DNA of 64,000 nt, taken from the NCBI RefSeq assembly GCF_006345805.1, contig NC_043024.1:4712001-4776000 (forward strand). Direction: 5' to 3'. The notes under the pieces are model-generated. The model searched no databases and was not told the DNA's origin. It saw only the letters and a program-made list of their open reading frames with translations. Below, piece after piece: positions 56,162-64,000 of the stretch; position 1 is the stretch's first letter; the number at the start of each line of letters is the position of its first letter. This DNA comes from Octopus sinensis. Taxonomy: Eukaryota. Position numbers and translations under genes: made by a program.

Positions 56162-56261
56162 AATTAACATACGAAATAATTCTATAATTTTATACACACG
56201 CTTTCCGTACGTATACGGAAAGCGTGTGTATAAAATAATAGAATTATTTTGTATGTTAATT
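56162..56261. repeat. ~48-bp-arm near-perfect hairpin with 4-nt loop
   Basis: ...TATACACACGCTTTCCGTA cgta TACGGAAAGCGTGTGTATA... Confidence 0.85.
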
Positions 56262-57690
56262 GTTTAAATTATTTTCCATTGCTTTAGTTTTTTTTTACAC
56301 GCGGAACAATTTACAAAAAAAAATTTAGGGTTAGGGTTAGTTACAGGATGTTGTCTCAGTTTTAGACGCAGCAAATGATTTTAGCTCAAAAGAGAGCATA
56401 GGATTGGTTAAAATTCGAAAAATTAAACTACGTTAAACAAACAAATTACAATTTTTTCAAGAAAGCCAAGTGAAAATAATGTTTTCTTTAGACATATTCT
56501 ACCAGTATACGAAGTTTTAAAGTGTTTAGTTAACAAGAAATTGTGTTGAAATCTGGCCTTCAAAAGGAAAAGAGCCCTTTTCGGTTTGACCGGCAGTTTT
56601 TAAAAATAATTTCCACGTAACTAAAAAATTCTAAACTTCGTATACAGGTAGAATGTGGGTACTACTAGTGAATACTGGTCCCAGTCCACGCTAGCTAGTC
56701 GTAAGTAGTTGATTGGCGCATGCGCGAACAAAATAAAACAATATTTTGCAGAATAAAATAAAAGAATTTTTTAAAGAAAGTAAATTAATTATTTTTTAAA
56801 ACAATGTATATGATTTTTTTACACAAATAAAATAAAAAGCAAAGTAAATAAATTTTTTTAACTAAAAAAATTAATTGTGGCTGTGTGGTAAATAGCTTGT
56901 TTACCAACCACATGGTTCTGGGTTCAGTCCCACTGCGTGGCACCTTGGGTAAGTGTCTTCTACTATAGCCTTGGGCCGACCAAAGCCTTGTGAGTGGATT
57001 TGGTAGACGGAAACTGAAAGAAGCCCGTCGTATATATGTATATATATATATATGCGTGTGTGTGTTTGTCCCCCAAGCATTGCTTGACAACTGATGCTGG
57101 TGTGTCTATGTCCCCGTCACTTAGCGGTTTGGCAAAAGAGACCGATAGAATAAGTACTGGGCTTACAAAAGAATAAGTCCCGGGCTCAAGTTGCTCGATT
57201 AAAGGTGGTGCTCCAGCATGGCCACAGTCAAATGACTGAAACAAGTAAAAGAGTAAAGAGTATTTTTTAAAACAATGTATGTGATTTTTTTACACAAATC
57301 AAATAAAAAGCAAAGTAAATAATTTTTTTAACTGAAAAAATTATTTTTTAAAACAATATGATTTTTTTTTACACAAATCAAATAAAAAGCAAAGTAAATA
57401 ATTTTTTAAACTTAGTTAATTAATTTTATTTTTAATAAACAAACTAAGATTTTTTTTTTGAAAACTGTATATAATTTTTTTACACAAATCAAACTAAGTA
57501 AATAAAAAGCAAATAGCAAAAAAAAAAAAATTGAATATATCACAGTTCTTGCAATTCGTTCGAAAATGCCACCAAACAATAAAATAAAATGTTGAAGTTC
57601 ATTTGAGTTCCTCAAATGTGAACCATTCTGAACACACACAGACATATACATACATTCACCTGCATGCATTTATACATATACACATGCATA

Positions 57691-58047
57691 CAAATTAAAT
57701 TAGAGATAAAACCACTATTAGGCAAATCAAACAGCGAAAGACATAAATCCAAATATATTGAAATAAAATTAATCAATATAATATACAAAATATATAAAAT
57801 ATAAAATTCAAAATATAATTATAATTTAAAGTTAAGAATTTAAAATTATTAATTTATATATATATATATATTTATTTATTTTTTATTTATAAATATAAAT
57901 TAATAATTTAAAATTTTTAACTTTAAATTTAAATAATTTAAATTTTGAATTTTATATATTTTGTGTATATTATAATTAATCAATTTTATTTCTATGTTTT
58001 TCACTGTTTGATTTGCCTAATAGTGGTTTTATCTCTAATTTAATTTG
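57691..58047. mobile_element. TA-flanked AT-rich foldback MITE
   Basis: TA/CAAATTAAATTAGAGATAAAACCACTATTAGG ... reverse complement/TA. Confidence 0.75.
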
Positions 58048-58313
58048 TATTTATACTGTAAAATTAGATTTAATCCTAAATCTAATTTTTCCCTGTAAGT
58101 TTGGATTTACTCCCTAATATTATTTTATATATATATATATAAAGTTAATCCAAACAAGAAAGCACAAAAAACACAACAACGCGAGGACGTAGAACAAATA
58201 TAGTATTATTGGACACTCAGGAAAGAAGGAAAGACAGAGGGAAAAAATCGCCAACGGTACAGACACGGTCACATTTTATATATATATATATATGCATATA
58301 TATATATTTATAT

Positions 58314-58344
<31 letters not shown>

Positions 58345-59221
58345 TACACACACACACACACACGTGCATGTGTATACATAGATGTGTGTTTTTGTGTTCT
58401 CTTGTCCCTTGTTTAAACATTACATGATGGATGTGATTGTGCATCGACATCAAATGAGCAGTTATTAGTTTCCAGTCTGCGTAAAATATGTCCTTGCTTG
58501 GAAACAGGTGAGGATTGGTGACAGGGAAGGCATCCAGCTGCAGAAAATCTCCATCAATGAATTCCATCTGATCCATGGAAGCATGGAAAATGAATTTTAA
58601 ATGATGATGATTACCATCATCATAATGATATGGAAAACAGTTTGATATTATTTATTCAGCATTACATGTGTTTCATTACCTAATAGGAATTACAAACTTT
58701 TAGACAAAGAGAAAACATGTAAAATATCTCCTATAAGAAATTCTTCATATATACATATATACAAGTGTGTGAGTGTGTGTGTGTATGCATAAGTGAGTGT
58801 ACCCTTGTCCAGATATTATGTGATGTCTGTAAATGGCCATCATGAGTGCCATACTAAGGCAGTTGCTCATTTCCAGTCCTCTGCGTAAAATATGTCTCAC
58901 CAGGGAAAATATTTCCTTGCTTGGAAATAGGTGAGGATTGGTCACAAGAAAGGGTACCCAGCTCAGGAAAATCTCCATCAATGAATTTCATCTGATAGAC
59001 AGATGCATGGAAAAGCGAATTTTAAATGATGATGATTATCATCATTGTAGTGATATGGTTCCTCTTCTGCATGAATGCATTTATGTTTTCAATAATTGAT
59101 CATTTTCATAGATTGATTTAGCACAAATGTCTTAGGGTATGGTTTTATCTTTCATAATAATAAGACTGTGTATAATTAATACACCATTTTGAAGGAATGA
59201 TTAAGCTCTGATATCAGACCG

Positions 59222-60259
59222 TTATGGTTTCTCCTCTGTATGAATATGTTTGTATTCAGTCAAGATGCTCTGAAGAGAGAATGATTTACCACAGATATCA
59301 CAAAGAAATGGTCTCTCCTCTGTATGAACATGGTTGTGTACAGTTAATTGTTGGTTTGTAGAGAATGCTTTGCCACAGATATCACTCTGGTATGGTTTCT
59401 CTCCTATATGAACATACCTGTGCATAACTAATTGTTTGTTTTGAGAGAATGAATTACCACAGATATCACAATGATATGGTGTTTCTCTTGTGTGTATAAG
59501 TTTGTGTGCAGTTAAATGGTGATTTTTAGAGAATGATTTACTGCAGATATCACACTGATATGGTTTCTCACCTGTATGAACCCGTTTATGAGCAATTAAG
59601 CTACCTCTAGAATAGAATGATTTACCACAGATATCACAGTGATAAGGTTTCTCTCCTGTATGAATATGGTTGTGTTTAGTTAAGCTACTGTTCTCAGAGA
59701 ATGATTTACCACAGATATTGCAGTGATATGGTTTCTCTCCTGTATGAATGCGGTTGTGTTTAGTTAAGCTGCTGCTTTTAGAGAAAGATTTACCACAGAT
59801 ATCACAGTGATAAGATTTTTTTCCTGTATGAATACGTTTGTGTCGAGTGAAGCTACTGCCATCAGAGAATGACTTACCACAGATATCACACTGATAAGGT
59901 TTCTCTCCTGTATGCACTTGTTTGTGAGTAGTTACCTCACTTCTTTCATAGAATGATTTATCACAAATGTCACACTGATATGGTTTGTCTCCTGTATGAC
60001 TATGCTTATGTACAGTTAAATAGATATTTTGAGAGAATGATTTATTGCAGATATCACAGTGATATATTTTCTCTCTTGTATCAATTTGTTTATGACTGAC
60101 TAATTCAGAATCTTGACTGACTGATTTATCACAGGTATCATGGTGATTTTGCTTCTCATCTGTATGAATGCATTTGTGTCTAGTGAGTTCACCTTTTTCT
60201 GAGAATGACTCTTTGCAGACATCACAGTCATATGATGATTTTCTTAATTCTTCCAACAT
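59222..60259 (-). CDS. C2H2 zinc-finger protein (gene J), 12 repeats of which 9 are canonical
   Basis: 345-aa ORF. Repeats 2, 11 and 12 have lost Zn ligands. Same 5' leader as the other paralogs (60260-60690). Confidence 0.85.
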   Translation of the reverse strand: MLEELRKSSYDCDVCKESFSEKGELTRHKCIHTDEKQNHHDTCDKSVSQDSELVSHKQIDTREKIYHCDICNKSFSQNIYLTVHKHSHTGDKPYQCDICDKSFYERSEVTTHKQVHTGEKPYQCDICGKSFSDGSSFTRHKRIHTGKKSYHCDICGKSFSKSSSLTKHNRIHTGEKPYHCNICGKSFSENSSLTKHNHIHTGEKPYHCDICGKSFYSRGSLIAHKRVHTGEKPYQCDICSKSFSKNHHLTAHKLIHTRETPYHCDICGNSFSQNKQLVMHRYVHIGEKPYQSDICGKAFSTNQQLTVHNHVHTEERPFLCDICGKSFSLQSILTEYKHIHTEEKP

Positions 60260-60954
60260 CTCTTCAAGAAAAATATAATCAATCCTTCAAGTTGTACTGA
60301 TCAACAACTTTTCAAAAATATTTCTCCTCTCACCAAAATATATGGATATTTTCCTTCTTTTTGCTTTTAAAGTTTATTCCAAACAAATATCACTTCTCTT
60401 ATATTTCTTCTTAACGTGATCAATGCCAATATTGAAAAATGCTGCAAATATTCTTTGGAAATCTATCAAAGTATATTTAAAAGAGAAAATTATCTTTTGC
60501 ACAGACACAGAAGTAAAGAAATGCTTTCTCTCTCTGAGGAAATATTTTACTGTAATTCAGCAATGTTTTATAGAAGCAGGATTATACGTTTGTAGAATAT
60601 CTTTGCAGAGTCTTTCAAACATGATACATATTGATGATTCTTTAAAAGTAAAAAATACTTCTTAGCCAATTTCATGTGATTTTCTGAAAGAATAGAAAAA
60701 AAATATAAGATGCAGAATATATTTTAAATAATCTGAATATTGTTTCTGAAAATTATCTCCATTCACTTTGTGCATAGAAAAGATAAATTTAGCTTGGGCA
60801 AAATGATTTAAGCAAGATAAGATAAATTTGCTGCTTCAATTCTCCAGAATTACATTTGTTAAATGACTTATACACATAAACATCAATCCTTAACCATCAG
60901 AAAGATTAGAAATACAGACAAAATTTAAAATATCTAGGTGAAATGAAATAGGAT

Positions 60955-61360
60955 CATGGAAAACCATCCAAACGTGGCCGTTGCCAGTGCCGCTTCGACT
61001 AGCGTCCGTGCCGGTGGCACGTAAAAGGCACCATCTGATTGTGGCCGTTGCCAGCCTTGTTTGGACCTCGTGCCGGTGGCTGTTTGCGAGCCTCGACTGG
61101 CACCTGTGCAGGTGGCATGTAAAAAGCACCATCCAATTGTGGCCGTTTGCCAGCCTCGTCTGGCACCTGTGCAGGTGGCACATAAAAAGCACCCACTACA
61201 CTCACGGAGTGGTTGGCGTTAGGAAGGGCATCCAGCTGTAGAAACACTGCCAGATCAGACTGGGCCTGGTGCAGCCTTCTGGCTTCCCAGACCCCAGTTG
61301 AACCGTCCAACCCATGCTAGCATGGAAAACGGACGTTAAACGATGATGATGATGATGATG
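60955..61360 (+). mobile_element. RTE-family 3'UTR fragment (another short copy at 14700-14800, minus)
   Basis: Matches the reverse complement of 39244-39740; ends in (GAT)n. Confidence 0.8.
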
Positions 61361-62915
61361 AAAAATGACACATGATATGAAATTAATGAAACGTAACTAA
61401 TTCTTAAAACTCAACGTAGAATATTCTTTATAGCTCCTTCATTAATTTGCTGGGGTGGCTGTCTTCGAGATATATTTATTCACCATGCAGTTGAAGGATA
61501 GAAATATTAGTCTTTACTCATTTTGTACCAGTTTAGACATATTTTCAAAACTGATAATTATCAAATTAGACTTTATCGTAGGAAGAAATTGACTTGAAAT
61601 CCAACAGAGAAAACAATTTCAATTGTTAATCACCAAAAATTAATTAGCAATCTCAATTACAATCGGGTGAAAGTTGAGGAAAAGCTTTTTGAAAAAAGGA
61701 AAGGACATTTATAGGCGTAGGAGTGGCTGTGTGGTAAGTAGCTTGCTTACCAACCACATGGTTCCGGGTTCAGTCCCACTGCATGGCACCTTGGGCAACT
61801 GTCTTCTGCTATAGCCCACGGCCGAACAATGCCTTGTGAGTGGATTTAGTAGACGGAAACTGAAAAAGCCCGTCGTACATATATATATATATGTATGTGT
61901 GTGTATATGTTTGTCCCCCCAACATCACTTGACAACCGATGCTGGTGTGTTTATGTCCCCGTAACTTAGCGGTTTGGCAAAAGAGACCGATAGAATAAGT
62001 ACTAGGCTTACACAGAATAAGAGTGACCTGCCAAACTGACTATGTTTTGGACTCTCTCAACTTCAACAACAATCATGTTGGCTTAAGAAAATATTTTCCG
62101 AATCTTTCCGAGTTTTCGACCAACAATTATTCTGAAATTTAGTTATTGGACACTTCTAGAAATGTCCAAAAGTAGATTCTCTCTCTCTCTTGAGACTTAT
62201 TTCAGTCATTTGACTGCGGCCATGCTGGAGCACCGCCTTTAGTCGAGCAAATCGACCCCAGGACTTATTCTTTTGTAAGCCCAGTACTTATTCTATCGGT
62301 CTCTTTTGCCGAACCGCTAAGTTACGGGAACGTAAACACACTAGCATCAGTTGTCAAGCAATGCTAGGGGGACAAACACAGACACACACACATACATATA
62401 TATACATATATACGACAGGCTTCTTTCAGTTTCCGTCTACCAAATCCACTCACAAGGCATTAGTCGGCCCGAGGCTATAGCAGAAGACACTTGCCCAAGG
62501 TGCCACGCAGTGGGACTGAACCCGGAACCATGTGGTTGGTAAGCAAGCTACTTACCACATAGTCACTCCTGCGCCTATAATTATAAAATTTCCGATATTT
62601 TTCTAGTGACATTTAAACTGTAACCGGAGGCTTTGGTCACTCACATCTGCATGCCTCGTAGTGTTGAATTATTTTTCACCCTCATTAAATAGACATTGCA
62701 TTAGCCATATTCTCCATCATGACCTTAAGTCATTTACCTAAATTCTTCTTAAAGTTGTTTGAAGAATTAAAGAAATTTAATATTAGTCATTCATCGCGAC
62801 GAATAAATTCTTAGAGGAAAAGAAATTAGAATAAATTTATGCTGTCTCAAAATTTTAAGTAGACCAAGGGAGAGCACTCCTGTTACATTTCTACTTCAAC
62901 TATTGAAATTGAATT

Positions 62916-63939
62916 TGGTTTGCAAGATTCTTTAGGAAATCGTGTGTTGAAGCGTATTCTGTTGTGTCTGGGGAGAGTCACTCTCTTTTAGTGCCTTAGT
63001 ATTTAACACACTCACCGGTAAAATTTCCACTTATTTCTTATTTTTATTTTCTAAAATTTTCGTTGCGTCTTGACTCTTGAAAAGGTTGCAAGACGCAACG
63101 AAAATTTTAGAAAATAAAAATAAGAAATAAGTGGAAATTTTAGAAAAATAAATAAGAAATAAGTGGAAATTTTAGAAAAATAAATAAGAAATAAGTGGAA
63201 ATTTTAGAAAAATAAAAAAGAAATAAGTGGAAATTTTAGAAAAATAAATAAGAAATAAGTGGAAATTTTAGAAAAATAAATAAGAAATAAGTGAAAATTT
63301 TAGAAAAATAAATAAGAAATAAGTGGAAATTTTAGAAAAATAAATAAGAAATAAGTGGAAATTTTAGAAAAATAAATAAGAAATAAGTGAAAATTTTAGA
63401 AAAATAAAAAAGAAATAAGTGGAAATTTTAGAAAAATAAATAAGAAATAAGTGGAAATTTTAGAAAAATAAATAAGAAATAAGTGGAAATTTTAGAAAAA
63501 TAAATAAGAAATAAGTGAAAATTTTAGAAAAATAAAAAAGAAATAAGGGGAAATTTTAGAAAAATAAATAAGAAATAAGTGAAAATTTTAGAAAAATAAA
63601 TAAGAAATAAGTGAAAATTTTTGAAAAATAAAAAAGAAATAAGTGAAAATTTTAGAAAAATAAAAAAGAAATAAGTGAAAATTTTAGAAAAATAAATAAG
63701 AAATAAGTGGATATTTTAGAAAAATAAATAAGAAATAAGTGGAAATTTTAGAAAAATAAATAAGAAATAAGTGGAAATTTTAGAAAAATAAATAAGAAAT
63801 AAGTGGAAATTTTAGAAAAATAAATGAGAAATAAGTGGAAATTAAAAAAAATAAATAAGAAATAAGTGGAAATTTTACCGATGAGTGTGTTAAATAATAA
63901 GGCACAAAAAGAAAATGACTCTCCCCAGACACAACTGAA
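62916..63939. mobile_element. Hairpin element with 15-bp flanking direct repeat and an expanded minisatellite
   Basis: TATTGAAATTGAATT at 62901-62915 and 63940-63954; inverted arms from 62955 to ~63941. Confidence 0.7.
63101..63870 (+). repeat. 32-bp minisatellite, ~24 copies
   Basis: AAATTTTAGAAAAATAAATAAGAAATAAGTGG in tandem. Confidence 0.95.
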
Positions 63940-64000
63940 TATTGAAATTGAATTAAATAAAAATAACATTGAGCAAAATCTTACGAGTCATATTTCTATA

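Noticed and set aside
58140-58270. Possible third Penelope-like terminal next to (TA)n
   Set aside because: It resembles such termini from memory only, and no hammerhead core is present here.
63101-63870. Regular 32-bp repeats as a CRISPR array
   Set aside because: No unique spacers, no cas genes, eukaryotic context.

Overview
Eukaryotic, AT-rich, repeat-dense DNA, most likely from an Octopus (coleoid cephalopod) genome. That assignment is an inference from the CDICGKSF-type C2H2 fingers and the SINE/RTE families I recognise. The window is a tandem cluster of effector-less C2H2 zinc-finger genes built from ~11.5-12 kb segmental duplications. Three arrays have long ORFs (9351-10547 +, 26274-27563 +, 59222-60259 -). 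One is cut by a 100-N gap (13142-13486 -), two are disrupted (18742, 43021), and there are several orphan or CDS-less remnants. The paralogs share a predicted non-coding exon 1, an intron, a coding exon starting with a conserved uORF, and a 3'UTR made of decayed fingers. Interspersed TEs: an ORF1-only Tx1/L1-like element, an integrase-less Ty3/Gypsy element, an RTE LINE, mariner remnants, a nest of Merlin elements with related MITEs, SINEs, and Penelope-like remnants carrying hammerhead ribozyme cores. Main leads: (1) the same GGG-TAG-AAA-CCA amber codon in the TGEKP linker of four paralogs, with in-frame fingers behind it, which could be an A-to-I stop-to-Trp switch (untested); (2) a complete type I hammerhead fold at 28618-28708 (-); (3) a near-invariant 35-aa uORF. 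All alignments were done by eye and no searches were run.
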